Source of the DNA: an uncultured Planctomycetota bacterium
GTDB lineage: Bacteria; Planctomycetota; PLA2; JAEUHO01
DNA length: 64,000 nt
NCBI GenBank assembly: GCA_963752285.1
Contig: CAVVXN010000001.1
Span: forward strand, 416,001 to 480,000
Reading direction: 5' to 3'
Part shown: piece after piece, positions 1 through 9,702 of the stretch
Layout of the letters: every line of letters starts with the position of its first letter
Position numbering within the stretch: position 1 is the stretch's first letter
Position numbers and translations under genes: made by a program
Notes under the pieces: model-generated
Database searches by the model: none
Seen by the model: only the letters and a program-made list of their open reading frames with translations
What the model was told of the DNA's origin: nothing

Positions 1-27
1 TAGGATCGCGGGGGACGGAGGTGTTCC

Positions 28-966
28 ATGCGTCGCCGCGTCCTCGGCTCGTCGCTGCTCGTCGTCCTCTCGATCGCCTGGGCGGGCCCGGCCGCCCGCG
101 CGGGCGACGACGTCCCGCCCGCGCCGAACGCCGCCGACGCGAAGACACCGCCGCCGGAGAAGCCGATCCCGCCTCTGGCCTCGGACGACGAGGCCCAGGC
201 GGCGCTCGCGGCGTTCAAGCCGGCCTACCGCGCGAAGGGGTTCAAGGGGGACGAGAGGACCGCCGTCCGCGAGCGCGCCATGCACGATCTGGCCGACGTG
301 CAGCACCCCGGGGTCTGCGACGCGCTCTACCGGCTCACGAAGGACCACGACGCCGACATCCGCACGCTCGCGGTCATGTACCTCGGCGCGCAGCGCGCGT
401 TGCCCGGCTACGCGGGCCCGCTCGTCGTGAAGGCGATCAGGGCGAACGCGAAGGACGCCGTCCTCGTGATGTGCGGGGTGGACGCGCTGGAGGACCTCGC
501 GTACCGCGGCGCCGTGGACCTGCTCCATGATCTCGAGTCGAACAAGGACGACATGGTGCGGAAGGTGATCATCCTGGCCATCGGCGACACGGTCGAGATG
601 AGGATGATCGACGACCTCCTCGAGATGGCGAAGAACGTCAAGATCGACAAGGCGTCCAAGACGGAAGGCCACGAGGTCCACTACGACTCGGGCGCGGCCG
701 GCGACGCCGACCAGAAAGCGGCGGAGAAGATGTACCACGACAAGTACGGCAAGTCGGCGCACAAGGCGCGCAGCGCCGGGCGCGCCTCCCGCGACATCGG
801 TCCGATCATCCTCGAGGCGCTGAAACACCTGACCGGACAGGACTTCGAGAGCGGGCAGGCCGCGAAGGCGTGGGCGGAGAAGCACGCCGACGAGATCTCC
901 GCCCGGAAGAAGGCGCTCGACGACGTGGAGAAGCAGCAGGCCGAGGCGGCCGCCGCCCTGAGGTAG
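28..966 (+). CDS. Secreted HEAT-repeat protein
   Basis: N-terminal signal peptide; helical repeats of type VRERAMHDLA / IRTLAVMYLG / VRKVIILAIG; C-terminal EALKHLTGQDF motif also present in 62245..63969; GGAGG SD upstream. Confidence 0.7.
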   Translation: MRRRVLGSSLLVVLSIAWAGPAARAGDDVPPAPNAADAKTPPPEKPIPPLASDDEAQAALAAFKPAYRAKGFKGDERTAVRERAMHDLADVQHPGVCDALYRLTKDHDADIRTLAVMYLGAQRALPGYAGPLVVKAIRANAKDAVLVMCGVDALEDLAYRGAVDLLHDLESNKDDMVRKVIILAIGDTVEMRMIDDLLEMAKNVKIDKASKTEGHEVHYDSGAAGDADQKAAEKMYHDKYGKSAHKARSAGRASRDIGPIILEALKHLTGQDFESGQAAKAWAEKHADEISARKKALDDVEKQQAEAAAALR

Positions 967-1026
967 CGGTCCAAGATCGGCCCGCTGCGCCACGTCGCGC
1001 CGCGCGTCGCGGGACGGAGGCGCCCC

Positions 1027-2346
1027 TCACCGCGGCGGCGCGGCGAGCATCGCCTCGAGCATGGCGCGGACCGTCTGCTGGGCCTCGCAGTCCACGATCC
1101 AGTCGTCGCGGCCCGCGTTCGCGCCGGCGCTCGAGGCGCCACAGCCGTCGAGGTGCAGGAGGAGCCCCGACACGATGGACGCGGGGCCTGCCTCTCGCCC
1201 GGCGTGGAGCATCACCTCGACGACGCGCAGCCGCGCGAGGATCGCCGCGCGGCGGCCGCGCGTGTCGAAGGCGTCGGCGGGGAGCCCGGCCACGTAGCGC
1301 GCGATCGCCTCCGGGGTCGGAGGGGGAGGCTGGCCTTCCGTCGTCCTTCGGGTCGCGACGAAGCCGCCGCGCGTCGAACCGGGGAGGGCGAGGAACGACC
1401 GGAGCGTCTCGCCGGTGCGCGCGCTGAACGCCTTCACGTGCGCGGCGCCGCCCGGTCCGGAGCAGGTCACCACGTCCGCTTGGCCGTCGCCGTCCACGTC
1501 GCCGGTCGCGACGCGGACCCCGCCGGTGAAGGCCGGGTCGTACGCGAAGAAGGAGAGCAACAGGCTGCCGTCGGCGCTCGAGAAGGCCTTCACGTGTGGC
1601 GGGCCGGCATCGACGCCCGTGACGACGTCGTCCAGCCCGTCGCCGTTCACGTCGCCCGCGGCCACGAACACGCCGCCGGTGAACGAGGGATACGCCAGGA
1701 ACGAGAGCAGGACCTCGCCGTCCGATCCGCTGAAGGCGCGGACGTTCGAGGAGCCCCCGCGGCCGGGAGCCGTCACGATGTCGGTCGTCTGGTCGCCGTT
1801 CACGTCGCCCGCCGCGACGTGCACGCCCCCGAGGAAGCTCGGGTCGTAGGCGAAGAAGGAGCGGATCGTGGCGCCGTCCGTCCCGCGGAAGACCTTGACG
1901 TGCGGCCCGGCGCCCGGCCCGGCGCCCGTGATGACGTCCGCCTGCCCGTCGCCGTCGATGTCGCCCGCGGCGACGTAGACCCCTCCGCGGTATCCCGCGC
2001 CGTACGGGAAGAACGAGAGGAGGAGGGCGCCGGTCCGGCCGCTGTACACGTGGACCGTCGAGGGGGCCCCCGGACCGGTCCCGGTCACGACGTCGTCCAG
2101 CCCGTCGCCGTCCACGTCGCCCGCCGCCACGCGCACCCCGCCGAAGTAGGCCGGGCTGGCGGCGAAGAACGAGCTCACGAGCTCGCCCGAGTCGCCGAGG
2201 AAGACCTGGAGGTGCGGCGGCGCGCCGGCGTCCGCGCCGACGACGAAGTCCACCGCCGAGGCACCCTCCTCGGCCGCGAGGCCCCCGGGCGCCGCGCCGC
2301 AGAGCGCCAGGAACGAGAGCGGCACCACCCACGCGAACGTACGCAT
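1027..2346 (-). CDS. Secreted FG-GAP (integrin-alpha-like beta-propeller) repeat protein
   Basis: Signal peptide; five copies of GGVxVA(A/T)GD(V/I)(D/N)GD followed by PHVK(V/A)F-like segments; strong AGGAGGAG SD. Confidence 0.85.
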   Translation of the reverse strand: MRTFAWVVPLSFLALCGAAPGGLAAEEGASAVDFVVGADAGAPPHLQVFLGDSGELVSSFFAASPAYFGGVRVAAGDVDGDGLDDVVTGTGPGAPSTVHVYSGRTGALLLSFFPYGAGYRGGVYVAAGDIDGDGQADVITGAGPGAGPHVKVFRGTDGATIRSFFAYDPSFLGGVHVAAGDVNGDQTTDIVTAPGRGGSSNVRAFSGSDGEVLLSFLAYPSFTGGVFVAAGDVNGDGLDDVVTGVDAGPPHVKAFSSADGSLLLSFFAYDPAFTGGVRVATGDVDGDGQADVVTCSGPGGAAHVKAFSARTGETLRSFLALPGSTRGGFVATRRTTEGQPPPPTPEAIARYVAGLPADAFDTRGRRAAILARLRVVEVMLHAGREAGPASIVSGLLLHLDGCGASSAGANAGRDDWIVDCEAQQTVRAMLEAMLAAPPR

Positions 2347-2475
2347 CCTCTCCTCCTCCGTCGCGAGACCCGCCCCACGCTACCCGCGCCGGGGGGCCCG
2401 ACCCGCCGCCGCCGGCCCCCGCCCCGCCGCGCGTTCCGTGTACCCTGGCCGCCCCCCGTTCCCGAAGGAGCGCGC

Positions 2476-2727
2476 ATGGCCGACAAGGACAAGCGACTGC
2501 CCGAGAACGCGCCGGGCCGCTTCTACGTGGACGACCAGTGCATCGACTGCGACGCCTGCCGGGAGACGGCGCCCGAGTTCTTCACGCGGAGCGACGAGAA
2601 GGGGTACTCGTACGTGAAGAAGCAGCCCGAGGGACCCGGCGACGAGGACGCCTGCCAGGAGGCGTTGCAGGGCTGCCCCGTCGAGGCGATCGGGTCGGAC
2701 GGGACGGACGGGACGGACGGCGCCTAG
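2476..2727 (+). CDS. Single-cluster 4Fe-4S ferredoxin
   Basis: MADKDKRL...CIDCDAC...GCPVEAI; AAGGAG SD before ATG 2476. Confidence 0.92.
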   Translation: MADKDKRLPENAPGRFYVDDQCIDCDACRETAPEFFTRSDEKGYSYVKKQPEGPGDEDACQEALQGCPVEAIGSDGTDGTDGA

Positions 2728-2772
2728 GGAAGGACCCGCGGCGCGATCCGCGCCGGTCCCGGGGCGCGCGGG

Positions 2773-3780
2773 CTACGCGCCGAGGACCGAGAGGAAGAGC
2801 GCGCGCTGGATGTGGAGGCGGTTCGCGGCCTGCGCCTTCACGAGACTCGACGGCGAGTCGACCACGGCGTCGTCCGCCTCGACGTTCCGGCGGATCGGCA
2901 TGGCGTGCATGAACCGGGCCGCGCCGGTCTTCGCCATGAGCTCGCGCGTGATCCGCCGGTTCGCGTGCTGGCGGCGCAGGTCCCGCTCCTCGTCCGGACG
3001 CCCGTGCAAGATGGTCGAGCCCCACGCGGCCGCGTAGACGACGTCCGCGCCCTCCACGCCCTCTTCGAGGTCCTCGACCCAGCGCACCGACCCGCCCTCC
3101 TCCTCGGCGCTCCGCTCCATCGAGTCGCGCACGGCGGGGTCGAGGTCGTAGCCCTCGGGGTGGCAGACCGTCACGTGGAGGCCCATCTTGGCGGCCATCA
3201 CCCCGACGCCGTGGGGGACGGCGAGGGGGCGGGCCGTCGGGTGGTACGTCCACGCCAGGGTCAGGCGCCGCCCGCGCGTCTCGCCGAAGGTTTCCTCCAG
3301 CGTCAGGGCGTCGCCCCAGGCCTGGCAGGGGTGGTCGAGCACGCTCTCCATGTTGAAGATGGGCACGCCGGCGTACTTCTGGAACGAGACGATCACGGGG
3401 TCCCGCCGCTCCCGCGCCCAGTCGTCGTGACGGGCGAGCGCGCGGATCGCGATCACGTCCGCGTACTCCGAGAGGACGGCGGCCGCGTCGCGGACGTGCT
3501 CCTCGGGCACGCCGTCCATGACCGCGCCGTCGCGCATCTCCAGGGCCCAGATGTCGCGCGAGGCCACCATGTCCACGACCGTCCCTCCCAGGCTCGAGAA
3601 GGCGATCGTGAACGAGGCCCGGGTCCGGAGGGACGGGTCGAAGAACACCATCACGAGGGAGCGGCCCTGGAGGGGCTGGCCGTGGCCGTTCACCTTGAGG
3701 TCGCGCGCGCGGGCCGTCACCCACCGGATCTCCTCCGGGGTGAAGGTGTCGAGCGTGACGACGTCGCGACCCTGGATCAC
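2773..3780 (-). CDS. argF: N-acetylornithine carbamoyltransferase-like transcarbamylase (ArgF' type)
   Basis: FFDPSLRTRASF, EEHV, HPCQ, WTYHP loop, HAMPIRRNV, NRLHIQ; GTG start inferred at 3780. Confidence 0.8.
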   Translation of the reverse strand: MIQGRDVVTLDTFTPEEIRWVTARARDLKVNGHGQPLQGRSLVMVFFDPSLRTRASFTIAFSSLGGTVVDMVASRDIWALEMRDGAVMDGVPEEHVRDAAAVLSEYADVIAIRALARHDDWARERRDPVIVSFQKYAGVPIFNMESVLDHPCQAWGDALTLEETFGETRGRRLTLAWTYHPTARPLAVPHGVGVMAAKMGLHVTVCHPEGYDLDPAVRDSMERSAEEEGGSVRWVEDLEEGVEGADVVYAAAWGSTILHGRPDEERDLRRQHANRRITRELMAKTGAARFMHAMPIRRNVEADDAVVDSPSSLVKAQAANRLHIQRALFLSVLGA

Positions 3781-3833
3781 GCGGGGGAGGGTACACGGCG
3801 CGCTGCCCCGTGCGGAGGGGGGACCCGGCCTTG

Positions 3834-5057
3834 CTACTTCCGGGGGAAGCTCACGAGGTACCACTTCCCGTCCACCTCTCCGACCTCGAGGACGAGGCCG
3901 CTGTACGTGGCCGGGAACACGACCTCGACCGTCTGGTTGCCGGTGTCGCGCGTCACGAGCTCCTTCTCCACGGCGCGGAGGCCGGCCTCGACGCCGAGCC
4001 GCGGGTGCGGCTGGGCCGATCGGGCGATCTTCGCGAGGATCAGCTTCTCGAGCGTGTCCACGTCGGGATAGGGGCCGGCCTCGGGGTTCCCGGCGTGCTC
4101 CGCGTCGTAGGCCGCCTGCATCCGGGCGTGGACCGTGGGCCAGTGGACGATCTTCGCCAGGAGGTCCATGTCCGCCGTGCCCAGCGCGAGCGCGGTGGTG
4201 AGCGCCGCGCGCTGGGCCGACGGCGCGGGCGCCCCGAAGAAGTCCGTCTTGGTCCCGCTCTCCGGCCCCGGACGCGCGATCATGTCGGGGGCGTCCTTCC
4301 CCGGCTTCATGTGCAGCTCGAGCAGGTCTTTGCCCTCGGCCGCGTAGGCGGCCCGGACCTCGTTCCCCTCGCCCTTCGTGGCGTCGAGCCACGTCACCGC
4401 TCGCCCCCCGAGGTCGCCCGTCTCGCCGAGGGTGAGCTCGGCGGTCTCCAGCCCGTCGCCCTCTGGCTTCGGCTCGGGGTTCCAGAGGGTCGCCTCGTAC
4501 GTCCCCTTCCCGGGCAGGGACAGGCGCGCGAAGAGCAGCATCGAGGTGAGGGTCACCAGGCACGGGCCCTGGTGGGCCACCACGCGGTGCCCGGTCTTCA
4601 GGCCGTCGCCCTCGCCGATCCGGTCGTCGGCCACGAACCCGGCGTCCGTGTGGGTCCACGAGGTCTCGAAGACCGGACCCTGGGGGCTCCTCCCGGCGAG
4701 CTTCCCGCGGAGCGGGAGGAGATGGGCGTCGAGGATCACCTCGGCGTCGCGCCGCATCTGCCCGCCCATCAGGTTCAGGTGCTCCACCACCCGCCAGCCG
4801 CGCGCCCCCTCGCTCCCGCCGGTGGGCTCGGCCTTCATCTCGAGGGTCCCGATCGTCGCGGTCCCCACGTCGAGCGAGCCCTCGAAGGCGAGGCCGAGCT
4901 CGGCGGTCGGCGCGGGGAGGTGCGACAGCCGGTCCGCGAAGTGCGCGGCCGGGCTCGGCGCGGCCGCGGGCGGGTCGTCGGCCGAGGCCGGTCGCGCGAG
5001 GCCCGCGAGGGGCAGGAGGAGGAGTGTGGCGAGGGGGACGAGGCGAGGTCGGCGCAT
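3834..5057 (-). CDS. Secreted hypothetical protein
   Basis: Signal peptide MRRPRLVPLATLLLLPLAG; GGGAG SD; GC3-biased codons. Confidence 0.7.
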   Translation of the reverse strand: MRRPRLVPLATLLLLPLAGLARPASADDPPAAAPSPAAHFADRLSHLPAPTAELGLAFEGSLDVGTATIGTLEMKAEPTGGSEGARGWRVVEHLNLMGGQMRRDAEVILDAHLLPLRGKLAGRSPQGPVFETSWTHTDAGFVADDRIGEGDGLKTGHRVVAHQGPCLVTLTSMLLFARLSLPGKGTYEATLWNPEPKPEGDGLETAELTLGETGDLGGRAVTWLDATKGEGNEVRAAYAAEGKDLLELHMKPGKDAPDMIARPGPESGTKTDFFGAPAPSAQRAALTTALALGTADMDLLAKIVHWPTVHARMQAAYDAEHAGNPEAGPYPDVDTLEKLILAKIARSAQPHPRLGVEAGLRAVEKELVTRDTGNQTVEVVFPATYSGLVLEVGEVDGKWYLVSFPRK

Positions 5058-5172
5058 GGCGTTCTCCCGGTCCGGGGACCTTACCGCCCGCCGAGGCCCG
5101 GAGACGCGGTGCGGACGGCGCCGGTCGGACGGTAGGATCGGGCCCCCGCCAGACGCGGGCCCCGAGGAGCCG

Positions 5173-6456
5173 ATGGCCGATTCGAACCTGCCGCCCGAGG
5201 GCGAGGGGAGCGCCCCGATCGAGGCCCAGGCGATGCGACACCTCCTCGAGGTCTCGCGTCGCATCAACGCGGAGGTCGTGCCCGACGCCATCCTCGCGCT
5301 GATCGTGGACAGCCTCGTGTCGCTCACGCGCGCGGACCGGGGGTTCCTCATGACCCGGGAGCCGGACGGCGAGCTCCGGTTCGCGATCGCCCGCGACCGC
5401 AAGGGACGTCCGCTCGAGGAGACGAAGTTCCAGGTGAGCCGCGGCGTCGTGGACGAGGTCGCCGCGAGCGGGGTGACCCGCCTGATCGACGACGCCGCCA
5501 ACGCCGACCTCTGGCAGGCTCGGCAGAGCGTCATCAGCCTGAGCCTCCGCACGATCCTCTGCGTCCCGATGCGCACGCCCGACGGCGTGGTCGGCGTGAT
5601 CTACGTGGACAGCAACGCGATCACGCGTCGGTTCACGCCGGCCGACGTCCCCCTGGTCGAGGCGTTCGCGGCGCAGGCGGCCGCCGCGGTCGAGCGCGTG
5701 CGCCTGCAGCGCATCGCGTCGGAGCGCGACCGGATCCAGCGCCAGCTCGAGATCGCCTCCGACATCCAGCGCGCGTTCCTGCCCGTCGGGTTCCCGGCGG
5801 TCGAAGGCCTCGTCGGCGCCGTCGTCTCGGTGCCGGCGCTCGAGGTGGGGGGCGACTTCTACGACGTGGTGCGCCTGCCCGGCGGTCGCGCGGACGTGAT
5901 GGTCGGCGACGTGGCGGGGAAGGGCGTGCCCGGCGCGCTGTTCGGAGCGCGACTCCTGTCCGACTTCCGGTACGAGGCGCTCGTGCACGGCACGGCCGGC
6001 CACGCGCTGACCAGCGTGAACCGGATCGTCGCGGACCGCGCCACCCGCGGGATGTTCGTGACGTTCTTCCACGCGGTGATCGACCCGGCGACGGGCGCGG
6101 TCGAGTATGCGAACGCCGGGCACCTGCCGCCGATGGTGCGTCACGCGGACGGCGGGATCGACACGTGGGAGCGCCCGTCGGGGCCGCCGCTCGGCGTTCT
6201 GCCCGACTCGCAGTACGAGACGGGTCACGCACGGCTCGAGCGGGGCGACACGCTCCTGCTCCTGACGGATGGCGTGTACGACGCGGTCCAGGCCGGCGGC
6301 GAGCGATTCGGGGAGGCGCGCATCCTCGACATCGTCCGCGCGGCCGGCGGCACGCCCCAGGCGATCGTGGACGCGATCGTCGAGGAGACGTCCGCGTTCC
6401 GCGGCGCGGAGCCGCCCGCCGACGACCTCACGGTCCTGGCCGCCGCCCTCGCCTGA
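5173..6456 (+). CDS. GAF domain + SpoIIE/PP2C serine phosphatase (RsbU-like)
   Basis: GAF (ILCVPM...GVIYVDS), coiled coil, VGGDFYD, GDVAGKG, NAGH, LTDG, DDLT. Confidence 0.92.
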   Translation: MADSNLPPEGEGSAPIEAQAMRHLLEVSRRINAEVVPDAILALIVDSLVSLTRADRGFLMTREPDGELRFAIARDRKGRPLEETKFQVSRGVVDEVAASGVTRLIDDAANADLWQARQSVISLSLRTILCVPMRTPDGVVGVIYVDSNAITRRFTPADVPLVEAFAAQAAAAVERVRLQRIASERDRIQRQLEIASDIQRAFLPVGFPAVEGLVGAVVSVPALEVGGDFYDVVRLPGGRADVMVGDVAGKGVPGALFGARLLSDFRYEALVHGTAGHALTSVNRIVADRATRGMFVTFFHAVIDPATGAVEYANAGHLPPMVRHADGGIDTWERPSGPPLGVLPDSQYETGHARLERGDTLLLLTDGVYDAVQAGGERFGEARILDIVRAAGGTPQAIVDAIVEETSAFRGAEPPADDLTVLAAALA

Positions 6457-6555
6457 CGGCCCTCGGCCCCGCACGCTCGCTCCGCGCGGCAAAGCCGCCG
6501 CTTCGCGTTCCGCGGCGGTATCCTCCGCCCCTCCCTACGGTCCGGAGCCGTGCGC

Positions 6556-9500
6556 ATGCCCTTCCGCGAGGACCTGAAGCCCGAGCGCCTGCTCGCCCTC
6601 GAGGAGGAGGTCCTGGCGACGTGGCGGGCCGAGAAGACGTTCGAGGCGTCGCTCGCGCGCCGCGCCGGCGCTCCCCCGTGGATCTTCTACGAGGGCCCGC
6701 CCACCGCGAACGGCCGGCCCGGCGTGCACCACGTGCTCGCGCGCGCCGTCAAGGACCTCGCGTGCCGCCTCAAGACGATGCAGGGGTTCCTGGTAGACCG
6801 TCGCGCGGGCTGGGACACGCACGGGCTTCCGGTGGAGATCGAGGCCGAGCGCCGGCTCCACATCGAAGGGAAACGGCAGATCGAGGCGTTCGGCATCGCG
6901 AAGTTCAACGAGGAGTGCCGCGCCTCGGTGTTTCGCTACCTCGAGGACTGGAACGCCCTCACGCGGCGCATGGGCTATTGGGTGGACCTCGACCACCCGT
7001 ACATCACGTGCGAGCGCGACTACGTCGAGACGCTGTGGTGGATCCTCGCGACGCTCTTCGAGCGGGGTCTCCTGACGCGGGGGCACAAGGTGCTTCCGTA
7101 CTGTCCACGGTGCAGCACGCCGCTCTCGAGCCACGAGGTAGGGCTGGGGTTCCGCGACGTCCAGGACCCGTCCGTCACCGTCCGGTTCCGGCTCGTAGAC
7201 GACGACGCCTCGCTGCTCGTCTGGACGACGACGCCGTGGACGCTGCCCGCGAACCTCGCGGTCGCGGTCCACCCGCACCTCGACTACGTGAAGGTCGAGA
7301 TCGACGACGGACCGCGCGCGGGCGAGCGTCTGTGGCTCGCCGAGCCGCGCCTCTCGATCCTGAAGGAAGGGCACCACGTCCTCGAGAGCGTCGAGGGGAG
7401 CGCGCTCGCCGGGCGCCGCTACCGGCGCCTCTTCGACTGGTACCCGGTGGACGACCGACCGCCGGCGTTCACGGTCCTCGCCGCCGACTTCGTCAGCACC
7501 GACGAGGGCACCGGGTGCGTCCACATCGCGCCCGCGTACGGCCAGGAGGACTACGACCTCGGCCGCGCCGTGGGTCTGCCCGTCCTCCACCCCGTGGACG
7601 AGGCGGGCCGCTTCCGGCCGGGGTCGCCGGTCGAAGGCCGGTTCGTCAAGGACGCGGACAAGGAGATCCTCGGGATCCTGAAGGAGCGGGGCGCCCTCTA
7701 CGACCGCGCCACGATCGAGCACGCGTACCCGCATTGCTGGCGGTGCGGCACGCCGCTCCTCTACTACGCGCGCGAGAGCTGGTACCTCGAGACGACCAGG
7801 TTCAAGGACGCCATGCTCCGCAACAACGCGTCGGTCGCCTGGTACCCGGAGTCCGTGGGCACGGGCCGGTTCGGACAGTGGCTCGAGGGCAACGTCGACT
7901 GGGCCATCTCCCGCGACCGGTACTGGGGGACGCCACTCCCCGTGTGGCTCTGCGACCGCGCCGGCTGCGACGCCGTCGAGGCGATCGCGAGCTACGACGA
8001 CCTGGAGAGGAGGAGCGGCAAGCGGATCGACGACCCGCACCGCCCTTGGGTGGACGAGCACGTCTGGTCCTGCCCGAAGGGATGCGGCGGGACGATGCGT
8101 CGCACGCCGGAGGTGGCCGACGCCTGGTTCGACTCGGGCGCCATGCCCTTTGCGCAGTGGCACTACCCGTTCGAGAACCGGGAGCGCGTCGAGGCCGAGC
8201 ATCCCGCCGACTTCATCAGCGAGGCCGTGGACCAGACCCGGGGGTGGTTCTACACGCTCCTGGCGGTCAGCACGATGCTCACGGGCAAGCCCGCGTACCG
8301 GGCCTGCGCGTCGCTCGGGCACATCCTCGACGCGCAGGGCAAGAAGATGTCCAAGTCGCGCGGCAACGTCGTCGACCCGTTCGAGATGATCGACCGCTAC
8401 GGCGCGGACGTCGTCCGCTGGCACCTCCTCGTGCGGCCCCTGGGCCCGCCGCTCCGCTACGACGAGAAGGACCTCGTCGAGATCCGAAACCGCTTCTTCG
8501 GCACGCTCCTCAACGTCTACGCGTTCTTCGCCACGTACGCGAACGTGGACGGCTACGACGGGTCGGAGCCCGAGGTGCCGCTGGTCGAGCGGCCGGCGTT
8601 CGACCGCTGGCTCGTCTCGCGGCTCCACGGTCTCTTCGCGGGGGTCGCGGCGGACCTCGAGTCGTGGGACACCGCGCACGCGGGCCAGCGGATCGCCGAC
8701 TTCGTGGTGGAGGACCTGAGCAACTGGTACGTGCGCCGGAACCGGCGCCGCTTCTTCCGCGCCGAGCGCACACGGGACAAGCAGAGCGCGTACCAGACGC
8801 TCCACGCCGCCCTGCTCTCGGTCGCGGAGCTCGCCGCGCCGTTCATCCCCTTCGTGACCGACGCGCTGTACCGCTCGCTCGCCGACGGGCTGGAGGGCGC
8901 GGAGCCGAGCGTGCACCTCGCACGCTGGCCCACGGCCGACGCGGCGGTGGCCGACGAGCGCCTCGAGACGGGGATGGCGGCGCTCCGGCGCATCGTCTCG
9001 CTCGGGCACGCCGCGCGGGACGAGGCGGGGATCCGCGTGCGCCAGCCGCTGGCCCGCCTCGAGGTGTTCGGGGTGGACGGCGCCGCGCGCGCGTTCGTGG
9101 TCGAGAACGCCGAGATCGCGCTCGACGAGCTGAACGTGAAGGAGATGGAGATCCTGGAGCGACCCGCGGCGGGCGTGCGCCTGTGCGCCGCCCTCGACAA
9201 GCGCGAGGCCGCGCGCCGCCTGGGCGCCCTGACGCCCGTCGTCTCGGCTGCGCTCGAGGCGCTCGACACGGACGGCGTCGTGAAGCTCCTTCGCGCGAGC
9301 GCCACGGAGGTCGAGACCCCCCGCGGCCGGGTCGCCCTCGAACGGGCGGACGTGCGCGTCGTGGTCGAGGCCGGCGAGGGCCACCAGGGCGCGTTCGCCG
9401 GCGGCCTCCTCGTGACCCTCGACACCCGCGTGACCCCCGACCTCGAGCGCGAGGGTCTGGCGCGCGAGGTCTGCCGGCAGCTCCAGCGCCTGCGCAAGGA

Positions 9501-9702
9501 CCAGGGCCTCCGCGTGGAGGACCGCGTCCGCGCCCGTTGGCACGCCGACGGCCCCGCGGCGGAGGCCATCCAGTCGTTCTCCGCGTGGATCGCGGGCGAG
9601 GTCCTCGCCGTGGACTTTCGACGCGTGGACGACGCGTCGGGCCTCGAGCCGCTGCGCGTGCCCGGAGGACACGACGTCCGGGCGGCGGTCGAGCGGGCGT
9701 GA
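6556..9702 (+). CDS. ileS: Isoleucine--tRNA ligase, type 2
   Basis: YEGPPTANG, GVHH (HIGH variant), GWDTHGLP, WTTTPWTL, DWAISRDRYWGTP, DQTRGWF, KMSKS; IleRS2-type C-terminus (EGLARE..RQLQRLRK). Start 6550 (GTG) or 6556 (ATG). Confidence 0.97.
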   Translation: MPFREDLKPERLLALEEEVLATWRAEKTFEASLARRAGAPPWIFYEGPPTANGRPGVHHVLARAVKDLACRLKTMQGFLVDRRAGWDTHGLPVEIEAERRLHIEGKRQIEAFGIAKFNEECRASVFRYLEDWNALTRRMGYWVDLDHPYITCERDYVETLWWILATLFERGLLTRGHKVLPYCPRCSTPLSSHEVGLGFRDVQDPSVTVRFRLVDDDASLLVWTTTPWTLPANLAVAVHPHLDYVKVEIDDGPRAGERLWLAEPRLSILKEGHHVLESVEGSALAGRRYRRLFDWYPVDDRPPAFTVLAADFVSTDEGTGCVHIAPAYGQEDYDLGRAVGLPVLHPVDEAGRFRPGSPVEGRFVKDADKEILGILKERGALYDRATIEHAYPHCWRCGTPLLYYARESWYLETTRFKDAMLRNNASVAWYPESVGTGRFGQWLEGNVDWAISRDRYWGTPLPVWLCDRAGCDAVEAIASYDDLERRSGKRIDDPHRPWVDEHVWSCPKGCGGTMRRTPEVADAWFDSGAMPFAQWHYPFENRERVEAEHPADFISEAVDQTRGWFYTLLAVSTMLTGKPAYRACASLGHILDAQGKKMSKSRGNVVDPFEMIDRYGADVVRWHLLVRPLGPPLRYDEKDLVEIRNRFFGTLLNVYAFFATYANVDGYDGSEPEVPLVERPAFDRWLVSRLHGLFAGVAADLESWDTAHAGQRIADFVVEDLSNWYVRRNRRRFFRAERTRDKQSAYQTLHAALLSVAELAAPFIPFVTDALYRSLADGLEGAEPSVHLARWPTADAAVADERLETGMAALRRIVSLGHAARDEAGIRVRQPLARLEVFGVDGAARAFVVENAEIALDELNVKEMEILERPAAGVRLCAALDKREAARRLGALTPVVSAALEALDTDGVVKLLRASATEVETPRGRVALERADVRVVVEAGEGHQGAFAGGLLVTLDTRVTPDLEREGLAREVCRQLQRLRKDQGLRVEDRVRARWHADGPAAEAIQSFSAWIAGEVLAVDFRRVDDASGLEPLRVPGGHDVRAAVERA

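Noticed and set aside
1380..2240. Periodic DNA repeats resembling an array
   Set aside because: They encode FG-GAP protein repeats; no spacers or cas genes
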